From assembly GCF_025526975.1 (NCBI RefSeq), contig NW_026515695.1, forward strand, positions 310,001-374,000: a DNA stretch of 64,000 bases. The letters run 5' to 3'. Below, one piece after another: positions 51,091 to 63,216 of the stretch. The DNA is from Fimicolochytrium jonesii. Taxonomy: Eukaryota. How positions within the stretch are numbered: position 1 is the first letter of the stretch; every line of letters begins with the position of its first letter. A model generated the notes under the pieces. That model was not told the DNA's origin. It ran no database searches and saw nothing but the letters and a program-made list of their open reading frames with translations. The position numbers and the translations under genes were made by a program.

Positions 51091-53090
51091 AAAAATGCAT
51101 ACGGGTAACCCGCCGCGATCCCGAACTCGTTAGTCTAGATCTTTTCCTCATCCATTGCAGATCTTGCACCCATGCGATACCGCCTTCACCTTTCGTTAAA
51201 CTACGCCCCCCCCCCCCCCACCTTTTTCCCGAACAATTTCTTCATTGTATTCTTTTCGTTTCTCATATTGGACCCCAAATACCATTTTGTCCTTTTCTTC
51301 AGTGCGGTGCATGGGTTGGAGCACGACGGGAAGATGAGCAGCACCCCCCCCCCCCCCCCCCCCCTTCTCGTATCCGCATGCGAAAAGGCAAAGTGGAGGC
51401 GCGCTCAGCGTCGAGGTGCAAAATGCACGTGGTTCATGCGTTCACCGGTGATACTGTAGATTCGGCACCCCATCACTGGGCCCCGCGTTGACAAACGCAG
51501 CAGGTGGGTCAGGGGGCTGGGGGTTTGAGCGAGTGTCGGACTTGTGGGGTGTTTTTGCGCGGGGCGCACAGGCGTCAGACGGTGGTTGGGCTTGTAAAGG
51601 TCTCCGCGTGCGCAACTGCAACGAGGGGGTTTATATACTATACCTCCGGCACCAACCACCCCCGGATTGCCATTATTCGCTGTCGTGAAGCGCGGCGAGC
51701 TGAACTTCACGTCCGAAGTCGTCCGCGGAAAGCGGGGGTTGGCCATCCGCACACAGCACGCTTTTGGAAAGGGGCGGCGATAGGCCGTCGAAAGGCGGAC
51801 CGGGATCCGTGTCCCAACGCGGAATCGTCGAACTCGGCATCGGCGCCTTCACCCGGCCTGCCTTCATAAAGAACAGCCCGCCGAAGCGGTCACCCGGGCT
51901 GGCCTTATAGCGATGCCCACGGTCCGTCGCATGTTTTTCTTAGGCCTCGACTGGTATCTCGACTACCAGTCTCTCCCGGTGAGCGTGGGTGGCGGGATCG
52001 GATGGTGGTTACAGACAGTCCGCTGAACTTGCACCCGTCTGGGGTGAGAGGTTGCCCGAATTCATACTATGTGCTAAACTCTCGCAGGAAAAAACGGACG
52101 GCGTGGGAAAGAAGGCCGGGAGGGAAAAGGGACAAACTCCGCCGCGTATAATACCGTGGGTTCGTTTCCAGACGCGCTCCTCCCTCCCCAGGTGTCAAAG
52201 CGAAAATCTCGTGAGAACGCCAGCATTTTTGCTCCCAGAAGGACGAGCAACTAACGATCGAAGTGCCACTTTGTGTGTGCCTACATATGCCCCCCACGAA
52301 GCTATCACTGGAAGCTTGCTAATCACTGGCCAATGCCGATGCCCTCGAGTAACAGGCGTACCGTAAGACCGCAGCGTCCTTTTGGGTGTATATACATACA
52401 TATATGGAGCGCCGGGACCGCCCGCCCCCCATCTTGGTTTCGGCCTCTTGTCTCTCTTTTCTCTTACATCGCGGTGCACGCACATGTTCGAGTTGGAGGA
52501 CGACGTACCCGTTTTTGCCTTGTGTATGCTCGCGCCCCGTTTTCGCTGGATGACAAACGAGAGCACGGTGGGCGTAGAGGCGATCGTGGTGGTTTTAGGT
52601 AGGATTTGCAAGATAGACGCAGAGATGGATATGGTGTGACTTGCTTTCCCACGAGCTGCTCACCCAAGGACATAGTGTTATGATCGCATGAAAGTGAACA
52701 TGGGTCTCGCCGTGTCTCGCCGTGTGCAGAATCCAGATGAGGAGAGTCTGAGTCTGATGAGATGACGCACGCGCGTTCGCGGACTTTTGGATTTCGAATC
52801 TTCGCTCTTTTTGTTGCCGTCTTTGTCTGTCTGGGTCTTTTCCCGCGGGTCTTTTTTTTCCTCCCGCTCGCAGCCATATTCCATATAAACCAAATAACCC
52901 CCGTCTCGCACTGCCAACCACTCAGAGCAATGGCCTGCGCTTCCCCACGTCCTCTTCCTCTTGCTCCTGCTCCCTCGACTGGCTCAACCGCAGCAGTTTC
53001 CCACCACCCTCGTCGGCTTCTCCAGCAATGGCCCGCAACCTGCCCACGACCGAACACTCCGCTGCCTTTACTCACCACCCCGCGGCAGCG

Positions 53091-54845
53091 ATGAGTCCAC
53101 CTCCACCACAACAACAAACGGAGCAACAACTGCATGATACGATCGCAGTTCCCATCCCACCAGCCTTCGAATACCCCTCGGACGAGAAGAAGCACTCCGA
53201 AAACGGCCCCTTGCCAACGACATTCACCCGCCGATCCTCCGCTTCCACCTTCGTCACAGTTGCCGGCCTCCCCGCTTGCCTTGACGACGACGATGATTCC
53301 TCCTCCCTCCCCAACAACAACACAACCCCCTCGTCATTCACCCCACCCAACGGCGGCCTCCCCGCATGGGGCGTCGTTCTCGGCGCCTTCCTCTTCAACT
53401 TTATCAATTTCGGGATGGCGTCCATGTGGGGCGTCTACCAGGCGCACTACAGCAAGCAACAGACGTTCGGACCAACCACCACGCAGCTGCAATTGAGTTT
53501 TGTGGGAGGGCTGGGGGGAGGGGTTACCTTTGTCTTTGGGCCGATTGTGGGATGGGTGCAGAGACGGTGGGGGTTCAAGGCTCCGCTTTGGATTGGGACG
53601 GTGGTCTTTGCGGGGAGTTTGGAGCTTGCCAGTTTGAGTACGAAGGTAAGGGAATGACCGGAGCGAACGCGTACTGCGGCGAGCGACGCGAGGTGTAGGG
53701 ATGCTCGAGGTTGGTGAGCGAGCGTCGACATCCTCGTCGCGAGCTGAGTGAGCAGGGTGTCGTTTCGACCATCACCCAACCATCAGCTCATATATAACAT
53801 TCGCGTCGCTTATGCGCCAACCATCCATCGCATCCTTCGTCCATTTCTAATAATACATCCCTCTCCTTTTAGTTATGGCACCTCTACCTAACCCAATCCT
53901 TCCTCTTCGGTCTCGGCGCCTCCCTCATCTTCCTCGGCTCCGTCGGCGCCCCCCCGCAATGGTTCCACTCCCGCCGCGCACTCGCCACCGGCCTCGCCGC
54001 CTCCGGGTCGGGAATCGGCACCCTCGTCCTCGCCCCGCTAGCGCAACATCTCATAGACACGCTGGAAGTGTTCTGGTGTTTGAGGATTATGGGATTGATT
54101 GCGCTCGTTGGGGGTGTGGTGGGGAGTTTATTGTGCAGGTTGCCCGACGGAATGGTTGTGGAGGAGAAGAGTGTGGATTGGAGCCACGTGAAGAAGAATA
54201 CGGGGTTCAGGTGGATGTTGGCATTTGCGGTTACGAATCTGTTGGGGTATATTATCCCCTTCTACTTCATTCCAAGTACGTTCGGGGAAAAATGTACTTT
54301 CCTCCATTGCAAGCAACACCCACTCACAAAGTAATCTCCTCATCACCACAGGCTACGCACTCTCCCTCGGCCTCTCACCCTCAACCGGCGCCTTCCTTGT
54401 CGCCCTCCTCTCCGGCACCAACGCCTTCGGCCGCATCCTCGCCGGCCAACTCGCCGACAAAATCGGCCGCATAAACGCCCAATCCCTCGTCATCTTCGTC
54501 TCGGGCCTCTCCTGCCTCACCCTCTGGTCCACCGCCCACACCCAAACCACCCTCACCATCTTCGTCGTCGTTTACGGTATCACGGGTGGCGGGTATTGGG
54601 CCCTCACACCCGCGGTTGTCGCCGAGATTGTGGGGATAACGGCACTTGGGGGAGCGTTACCGATCGTGTTCATGACGAACAGTCTGCCGATGATTTTTTC
54701 CGGCCCGATTGCGAGCGCGATTTTGGGGGCGCAGGGGGGCAGTTATACGGGGTTGATTGCGTTTGCGGGAAGTGCGCTGTGTGTGGGCGCGTTATGTCTT
54801 GTGCCGGTTAAGATGGCGCGGGGGAGGGTTTGGGCGAAGGTGTAG
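53091..54845 (+). CDS. MFS monocarboxylate-permease-like (Mch family) transporter
   Basis: PPNGGLPAWGVVLGAFL..WGVYQAHY, QWFHSRRALATG..SGSGIG and GRILAGQLADKIGRIN. Two introns. Confidence 0.92.
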
Positions 54846-55358
54846 AAAGGGGGAGGGGGTTTTTTTTTTGGATCATTTGGATTCCCCGGCCGCGATTTCG
54901 ACAATCGGACCCCTTTGCCGTTGAGAAGGACCCCTTGCCGTCCGTCAGGGCCTCATCGCCACACCCGATATCGCGGGACGACGAGGGATTGGCGCGTATG
55001 GGACTCGTCTTCAGCTGTGTATATGGATAGACTTTCCTTTCTTTCTCCCCCCGGGTGTGGGTGTATATATGCAATACATGGCTTTGGACTTGGATTTTTG
55101 GATGCGTGCGTCGCACGGATCTGGTGATGTGCTGCGAGGGACCCGTAAGGGACGACTTGCATATCTGCGGATGAGGTCAGTGGGAAAAATGTGGGTCGAA
55201 TCGTGTTTTTTGGCGGCCGTTTTGTTAAGAGCAACCACCAGCTCATCTCACGCGCCGTGTATCGGTGGGTATCGGTGGGACATCAACTACGCCTAAAAGG
55301 CCAACCTGAACCAAGACCAAGACCAAAACTACAGCGAAGAGGGTGGTGGTGTTTCCGC

Positions 55359-56360
55359 TCAAGGATTGTAGTTCGCGTACATCAAATATCCCAGCACATT
55401 GCGGCGGGGCACCCTCCGTCTGCAGAGCACAAAGCAGCATGTGTTGCCCGTCCATCCTCCATGCAATTCATCATCATAGTTACTCCCTTCCGCGAAATCC
55501 AGCTCGATCAACTCGACGATATCCTCATTTTTCAGGCCCTGATAAAATTCCACCGCTTTCGCCCGCTTGTGGTCATCCGCGTGCGTCGGCGAGTCGTAAT
55601 CCACGTCGCAATACCAACGAAGCTTGTCCACGAGGTATCCCGTGGTCCCGGCTTCATCTGCGACGGATATCCGCCTCAGGCCCATATATTCCCGAATGCG
55701 TTTCGAGACTCGGAATCGAGACAGGAGAGTGTTGAGCAGGAGCGTTTCACCCTCACGTGAGTCGGTCAGATTGTCCATCTCCGCGACAGGCGCGGTCATG
55801 AACGGGGCCAGAAAATCGCCCTCGTTCCCTCCGCCAAAGTCGAGGTAACTCCGACCAGGGTGTCGGGCACCGGTGCTTGCGAGACGTGTGCAGATGATAC
55901 GCAGCGGTCCGGTCAAGAACGACACGTCTGCGCTCAGCGTGACCCACTGGGAGGTATCCGTTCGCGCATGTCGGGAATGAGCAACGTCGGAACATTCCCA
56001 AAGACGGAACTGCATTTGCCGAATGAAGTCGAATTCCGACGCAAGGTAGACGACAAGAACCTTGCGGCACATCCTGTACGCAGCAGTGTCCAATGCATGG
56101 TCGGATTCATCGGTAGGCACATGATAGATTTCCCCTCCATCGGCAGGCATCTCCTCGGCCCCCTGGAAGTTGTACTTGAGGAGAAAGCGTTCCCGTGTGG
56201 AGAGCGCTGACGCCCATGCCTTGCAGACTAAGAGGCAGTTGACGTAGTCTTGGGGAGAGGTGAGGGCGACACGGCACAGGATGCGAGGGATGAGCTCCAA
56301 TGGCGGGGCGTTGTGTTTCGTTGTTGGTCCCGAGGCGGCCATCACGGTGTCGTCCGACAT
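55359..56360 (-). CDS. F-box-like protein with an unknown C-terminal domain, intronless
   Basis: N-terminal PPLELIPRIL....CLLVCKAWA resembles an F-box. The ORF is 333 aa. Confidence 0.55.
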   Translation of the reverse strand: MSDDTVMAASGPTTKHNAPPLELIPRILCRVALTSPQDYVNCLLVCKAWASALSTRERFLLKYNFQGAEEMPADGGEIYHVPTDESDHALDTAAYRMCRKVLVVYLASEFDFIRQMQFRLWECSDVAHSRHARTDTSQWVTLSADVSFLTGPLRIICTRLASTGARHPGRSYLDFGGGNEGDFLAPFMTAPVAEMDNLTDSREGETLLLNTLLSRFRVSKRIREYMGLRRISVADEAGTTGYLVDKLRWYCDVDYDSPTHADDHKRAKAVEFYQGLKNEDIVELIELDFAEGSNYDDELHGGWTGNTCCFVLCRRRVPRRNVLGYLMYANYNP

Positions 56361-56723
56361 GCCGATGGTGGAAGGTGTTGGAGAGCCTCTGTGGGAAAGA
56401 AAGCGTTGTCAGTGGCTATATATATGCGGATGGGGACTCGTTGTCTGGATGGGAGCGATGGGAGATGACTCGGACGAGGAAGAGGCACGCAGCAGCGGAC
56501 TGAAGACGCGCACAGAGAAAACACTGTCAATCCTGTCAAGTTGCGATGGGAACGATGTGAGAGATGCCGTCCAGCAGCGTTGATGCGTATGTAGATGAAA
56601 CAGAGATGAAAGAAAATACAAGCGGTGTATTTCAAGGAAAAAACGGAGGGTCGACGGGAACCAACTAGAAAAATGAGATGCCCACACAGCGACAGAAAAG
56701 ATCATCCCACACCCATCCACATC

Positions 56724-58747
56724 TCATAACTCACTCTTAACATGTCTTCGATGCTGCCGTCCACCCTCCTTCGGCGTGCTGCGTTTCTGTCGTCTTACAC
56801 TTGTCCCTCCACCCGCCGATTCCGTCCCACCATCCCCATCGTCCCCGCCCCCTACGGTAGAGTTGAGCACGGCAGATATCTTGTTTTTGACCGCTTTCCA
56901 GGATTTGTGCGGTGCGGGTGTTGTGGGCGGGGGATCAACTTCGGGTGATGTTCCGGTGCCTTTTGAACTGCCCTCGCTTGTCGATTCGTGCGAGGATGGC
57001 CCCGGCGGCGGCAGCGAAGAAGAAACGTTCCGCAACCTCTGCACGATCTCCTCAATACTCGTCAGCTGCTCCACCACATCGACCACATCGACCACATCCT
57101 CACTCTCCCCACCATCTCCCGCATCCCCACTCCTACCCTCGGCCTCCCCATCCCTCCTCCCCACCTGCGCCCTCAACCCCTCAACGCCTGGCCCAAACCC
57201 CGTCTCCTCATCCACACTATACTCCACATCATCCACCACCGCCCTCCACCTTGCCCCCGCGCCCCGTGGGAATGACCCCCCAACAGATGTCGACGCATCC
57301 ATCTCGTTGAAGAAATGTCGGAGCAGTGTAGCTATCTCCTCGCCCGCGGTGGGGTGAAAGTATGTGATTGTTATCGCCGCGTAGCCCTGGGAGGGGTAGG
57401 CTAGGACGGAGACATGGGCCTTCGCTGCATGAATCGTAACCATCGCCGTTTCCACACCGATATTCCCGGCCCCGGTGGTGGTGGCATTCGCGAAACTGGC
57501 TGAGAAGGCCCAGTGCATTGTTTCGAGGATATGTTCCAGCGTCATCTGCACGTGGTCGGAGGACAGGGCCGATCGGTCGCAGCCGTAGAACTCGCGGAGG
57601 ATGGTGGTGCCCTGGACTGAGAGGACGGGGAGCGCGGCGATCTTGAACGGTGCATGGCGGGTGGGTGGCGGCACGTCGTCGACTTTCATCCGCGGCATCG
57701 TTTTATCCTGCTCCGCGATCGCGGCGCGCAGGGAGCAGGGGAGTGCAAACATACGCATGTGGGTGATTCCATCATAATGCGATACCCACCCTGTCGTGCG
57801 TGAGCTGAGGGCCGTGTCGATGAATGATGGGGAGAGAATGGCAGGCGCCGCCGGGGCTGAGGATTGCGTTGCGAGGAGCGTGTGGGAGTCCCCGAGGGAG
57901 GGGATGTGGAGTGTGCTGGTGGAAATGTGCGGGAAGAGGGGGAGGAGGGTTGCGCGGTCTGTGAGGAGTGCGTTGAGAGTGGGGCCGGAGTGGATGGTGA
58001 GGACTCCCCCCGGGGAGAGGGCTTTTTGGGCGAGGGCAAGGAGGTTCGCACGGTGGGGTGTGGTGAAAGAGGGGATGAAGATCACGTTGAAGGATCCGCG
58101 GAGGGAGTCGGGTTGTTGAAGGTATGTTGCGGGGCTCATATCGATGACTGTTAGCCTGCCGGCGGATACATAGTCGGCGTCGTACCACATATCGGCTGGG
58201 ACCGTTGCTCGAACATCCTCTGCGCCGCCTTCGGTTACCCAGACCGCGTCCCGCACATCTGTATGCCGTAACGCTTCCCTCACGTATGAGCCTACCACCC
58301 CGCCGAGCACCAGGATCCGGCGCGGACTTGGATGTACAACCAGGGCGGGGTGGACAAGGGTTTCTGCATGTAATGCGTTATCGCTCGAACATGCAATGGG
58401 TGTTGATTCACTCGTGGAATGGAACACGCAGGTCCCGAACGTATGGTGGGTTGCTACGAGGAGATCGCGAAAACGGGATTCGGCGGTGAAGGCGGAGGGT
58501 AGGGCGATGGCGGGTGGGGACGATTGTTGAGATTGGGCGGCTGCTCGTCGTGCACGTTTGTGTTTGAGGGGTTCGGAGAGGGAGGGGGTGGATGCCTGGG
58601 CGAGGGCGGCTGGTTGGTTGTTGGATACGTCGAATTCGGGGGAGGTTGGTGCGGTGATGTCCAGTGGGGATTCGGCATGGCTGACAGCGCACGGAGACAG
58701 GTTGTGAGTTCCACCGCAGCAAAAACCGAAAGGCTGGAAAGCAATAT

Positions 58748-58784
<37 letters not shown>

Positions 58785-58856
58785 GACACCCCATATGGAT
58801 CCCAGAAGCAACAGATCGAACAGCACCCAGCAGAAGACGTTTCGTGAGTAGATCAT
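56724..58856 (-). CDS. Spermidine-synthase-like + AdoMet-decarboxylase-like fusion protein (catalytically degenerate; signal peptide; KSEL end)
   Basis: SpeE-like region ~58470-57720 (FGTCVF, HAETLVHPALVVHPSPRRILVLGG, HIPSLG, YDGITHMRMFALP). SpeD-like region ~57620-57265 (GTTILREFYGCD, HVSVLAYPSQGYAAI, FPRG). Probable 102-nt intron 58782-58681. Confidence 0.8.
58750..58782. repeat. (CA)n microsatellite, about 16 units
   Basis: Direct reading. It lies at the 5' end of the predicted intron. Confidence 0.97.
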
Positions 58857-59258
58857 TCTCTGCAAGCAATGAAAGAATGGATCTGGATCTTTCGTCTTTC
58901 TGTGTTAACGGTTGAGCGCGGCGTTCTCCACCTCCCTCAGTCCTGTACGTAGCGGCCAATGGTTCGTGTGTCGGTACAAACTTGTTATGGGAGTGAGTGG
59001 GGGAGAAGATGAACAACCCATTCCAGATCCAGAACTCAAAGCAGACCCCACCTTGTCCGGGATAGCAGCGGAATGGCCATGACACACGCGACGGGATGTT
59101 TATTGCCCATGTCACGTGGACGGGATGGAATTCAATTCTCTTCCCTTGCTTGGCTCACGCGTCGGGAAGTCGGGACATCCACGCGCCAAGGGGTTCTCGC
59201 TTTTCTCACTCTAGAAATAGGCTCGCCAACACCAACCCAACACCAACCAATACCACAA

Positions 59259-62200
59259 ATGTCAAAGTTTACCGCCACCCTAACCGCCGCCCAAGGCGCC
59301 GGCCTCGTCGCCTGGTCCTTCGACACCGCCCAGCCCGCCACCACACTCAACCTGGACATCACCGCGCACGCCATGCTCCTGCGCTCTACGCGCCGGCGAG
59401 CCAATGGCCATGTGAGGCGTAAAGCGCGCAAAGCGAGGATTGTGGGGGTGGCGATGACTGGGGTTGTTTTTCTGTCCCGTAGGTGGAATGTGGGAATGTG
59501 AAGACGGAAGGTGATGGAGGGTTTATTGATGGATTTTTTTGGGCAGTTGTTGGAGCGGGGTTCTCGATATTCTTCCCGGCGGACACGGGAGGGGATGCAT
59601 CGGCGCCGAATACGGCGGAGCAGGGCGCTTCGATAGCTGTAGTTGTCGCCATGGGGTTGGTTCTTATTTTTGTTATTAAGGTAAGAGGGGAAAATCTATG
59701 CCCAAATTTTGATCCGATGGTCCGACAACGACGAGATGGCTGCTTTTAGTTGAGCCTCCTCGTCCAATGGTACTTCTACTGGCTCGCCCTCGCCGTCGTC
59801 GCCCTCCTCATCGTCAACAAAGGCAAGCTCGTGCCCTCCCCCTCCACCTCCCCAACCCCGTCCACAGGCCTCTCCCGCATCTTTGACCCGCACACCGGCC
59901 CCACCTTCCCCATCCTCCTCACAATGCTCATCGTCCAATCCCTCACCCTCATCGCCACCCTCGTCCGCCGCTCCCTCTACCCGCTCGCCGTCGCCCGCCT
60001 CACGCCGCAGCAAGCCGTATCATGGTGGCGCGTCAGACCGATCCGATTACAGCCGGGGACGTTCCAGTACACCCTCTACGACCCCTGGACGCTCTCCACC
60101 GACCAGCGGACATTCAGCTACACCGGCTCTGTGAACCCGCACGGCCAACCGCATGGACACGGCGTGTGGTGTGACGACGCGGATAGCGGGGAGGTGACCA
60201 CCGGGTGGTGGAGGGAGGGTGTGCTGGATGCGCCGTTCAGCGCGAGGGAGTTTGGGAGTGGGGATTCGTTTGGGGCTGTGAGGATCGGGTTTGTGACGTG
60301 CGCGGCATTGGGGCCGGATGAGTATCGGTGGAGGCCCGAGGTGGATAGGAGGGGGGTTAGGTATGGGGTTGCGAGTGTGGAGTGTAGTGTTAGTGGGTAT
60401 GTGTTGTTGGCTCTGTTTCGGTTATCTATCATTCGTTCACACCACTCATGCTCTGGCTACATGTACACAGCAAATTCTTTGCTGAACTCCCACAAGTAAG
60501 TTATCCCGTCCCCCCCAAATACCGCGACGAGATCATCGCGGACCTTTCTTCCGACGTCGAGCCGGGTATATCCCCGCAACCGATGAGGATGCTGCTGCGG
60601 GAATTGGATAATCATGAGTTTACTGCGCGGCCGGCGTTTTCAAGGGGGCCGGCGGAGCAGGTGAGGCTGTCGGTTGGTATGTGTGTACGGCGTGAGTGAA
60701 GGGGTTGGGTGTAAAGCTGACTGGTTGATGCATAAGCTAGTTTCAAAGTCCTACGCCTACGGATTTGGGCGAGACTGGTGGGAATCCGAGGAACTTGGAG
60801 CGGGTGGTTGTTAGTGTTGATCAGGCGACCGGGTTGCCGTTTGTTGTAGGCTGTCGGCGGGTTGATGGCCAGGTACAGTTCATGAAGTTCACGGATCCCG
60901 CCCGATTTGAATCAGGTTGGACATTCCCAAAAACTCACTCCACCCACCCGCAGACCGCCGACCCCACCTCATTAATAGTCAAAACCACCAAAGAAGAGTC
61001 TGGCCGCATGGGTCTATCCGTCGACGGATGGGTGCCGGATCCTACACCGAAACCACATCCCGATCGCGGGACCAGTCTGACAACGCCGCGGCAGGCGGAT
61101 GAAGCCTTAATCTTCATCCATGGATTCGTAAGTTAGCATGCGTGTGTGTCTGTCGCGCGGTACTGTGTGTTAAACATTGACCCTCCCCACCCCCCACCAG
61201 AACTGCTCCCTCACCGCCGCCCAAACCCGCCTCGCCCAACTCCTAACACTCGGCAACTTCCCCGCCCACATCAAACCCCTCATCTTCGCCTGGCCCTCCG
61301 GCCGCGAACTCACCTACTTCTCCGCCATCCGCATGGGCGCCCACTCTGCGATAAAAGAGGCGTTTATGGGGATGGTGAGGGAGTTGAGGGAGGCCGGGGT
61401 GAGGAGATGTCATCTTGTGGCGCACTCCGCCGGGTGTAGGTTGGCGGTGGGGTTTGCGGGGGGGTTTGGAGAGGTTTTTACGCGGTTGGGAGAGGAGGAG
61501 AATGGGAAGATGGAGTTGGGGAGTTATACGTTAATCAATGGGGATGTGAGTCCCCAACTTTCTTGCCGTAAAAACGATTCTTCACCCAAGAAGCTTACAA
61601 CACACGCACATAGGTCCCGCTAACGGATTTCCTGTCAACACACTACCCCGCAATCCGACAATACTGCGCGCTGATCACGACGTATGTGGATGAGAACGAC
61701 GGCGCGCTTTTCTGGGCGGAGGTTGTTTGTCGGACGAAGGTTTTGGGGAGGAATCCGGGGGCGGTTTATACTGTTGTGCCGATGCGTGAGGAGGAGGAGG
61801 GTGAGGAGGAGGGCGAGGGTGAGGAGGAGTGGATGGGGGAGGGATCGTCTGTGCAGCTTATGGAGCGGGCTCCACCGACTCCAAGCAATGATAGCACGGC
61901 ACGCAAACGAGGGAAATCAGTGCTCGACGTCGACACCCATCCACCATCCCGGACACCCACCCAACAACCCCTGTGGCTCAGCAACCGCCACCGCACGACC
62001 GGGTTCCTGCAAGTCAAACATCCGTGGCAGGATAACCACAAAGCCAGCGGCGGGCCCCTGAAGTTTATGCAGTTGGCGCGGTTTGGAGGGTTCTGGAAGG
62101 GGTCGAACTCTGGGAATGACTCCCCATCCGCCTCCGTCTCCTCTCCCCTCACCCCCTCAACACCCTCCCCACCCTCACAACAACACAAACCCCACCATTG

Positions 62201-62675
62201 GGAACGCAAATACGAACGAATTCACATCCACATGCAAGAAGAGATTACACGCCTGCAAGAGTTGATGCGCGGGCGGGAACAATTCGCCAAAATCGTTACT
62301 GATCATGATGGTGTACGCGGAAGTGCACATTCGGGGAGACAGAGACGGTACATGATCTACCCAGACTGTGATACGATCGACACGAGTCTTCTGGATGTTA
62401 ATATCCATAGTTTGAGGCATAACTGTAAGTTCCTGCATTTCTTACTCATCCATTGATGGTGGGGGGGGGAGGGGAGGGGGGAGGATAACGTTGACCTTGA
62501 TGATGTTTTTTTTCTTTTAGATTTCAACCTCAACAGGATGTTTGTAGATGATTTGCTGGACATTATCGTGCACGGGAAACGAGCGGAGGAACGGACGGCG
62601 AGGTTGGCGCATACGATCCAGGGCGGGCTTGTGTATCAGTTTTTGTGTGCGCCTAGTTATGTGGTGAATCCTTGA
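59259..62675 (+). CDS. Membrane-anchored alpha/beta hydrolase (DUF900-like) with a MORN-like segment
   Basis: N-terminal TM segments, YTGSVNPHGQPHGHGVW..GWWREG, EALIFIHGF|N, FAWPSG, nucleophile elbow HLVAHSAG, D.ALFWAE and HN|.FNLN. Multi-exon; the start is uncertain. Confidence 0.75.
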
Positions 62676-62760
62676 GTGGGGACATCCATCCTTGAGTGAG
62701 GAGATATGGGTAAGGGTGCAGTCCAGTGGGTTTTGCCAACGTCGCCCACCCCATTCCATA

Positions 62761-62821
62761 GCCCACCACACTACACTTTGCCGAGGGAAGAAAGCCCACC
62801 ATACTACACTTTGTCGATGGG
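62761..62821. repeat. Two imperfect copies of a ~27-bp unit
   Basis: gcccaccacactacactttgccga and gcccaccatactacactttgtcga. Confidence 0.75.
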
Positions 62822-63216
62822 TCCACAGTGATTTCATATCATCCTCCGATGGGCTGTCGACCATCCCCAAGCCTGTGCGCCCACTATACCCCTTCCCATC
62901 TGCTGTCATCCGTCACACACAGACTCCACCATGGTGCTTCCGAATGTGTCGGGGATATCTCATCTTCACTTGTATTTCATATTATACCTCTTTACTTCTA
63001 CTTGATCTGAGACCCGGGCTGGCCACCCGAGCTCTCGGTGATACATTACATAAGGCGCCAAGCCTCACTGAAGCCACGCAAGCCCCACTGGCAGCCCATA
63101 TATAAAGCTGTCAGTCGAGCGGCCGCTGCGAAGAGCTTCTTACTTTTTTCTTCACTACAATACACTGCTCTCAGCCCTCTCAGAAGGGCCCAATATCGTC
63201 TACGTTTCCTCTGACG

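Noticed and set aside
51343..51364. Poly-C and poly-G tracts (also 23157-23175, 51206-51219)
   Set aside because: Simple homopolymers in non-coding DNA with unreliable length and no evidence of function.
11470..58856. PaiA-like GNAT and the SpeE-SpeD fusion as one polyamine gene cluster
   Set aside because: They are about 45 kb apart with many unrelated housekeeping genes between them.
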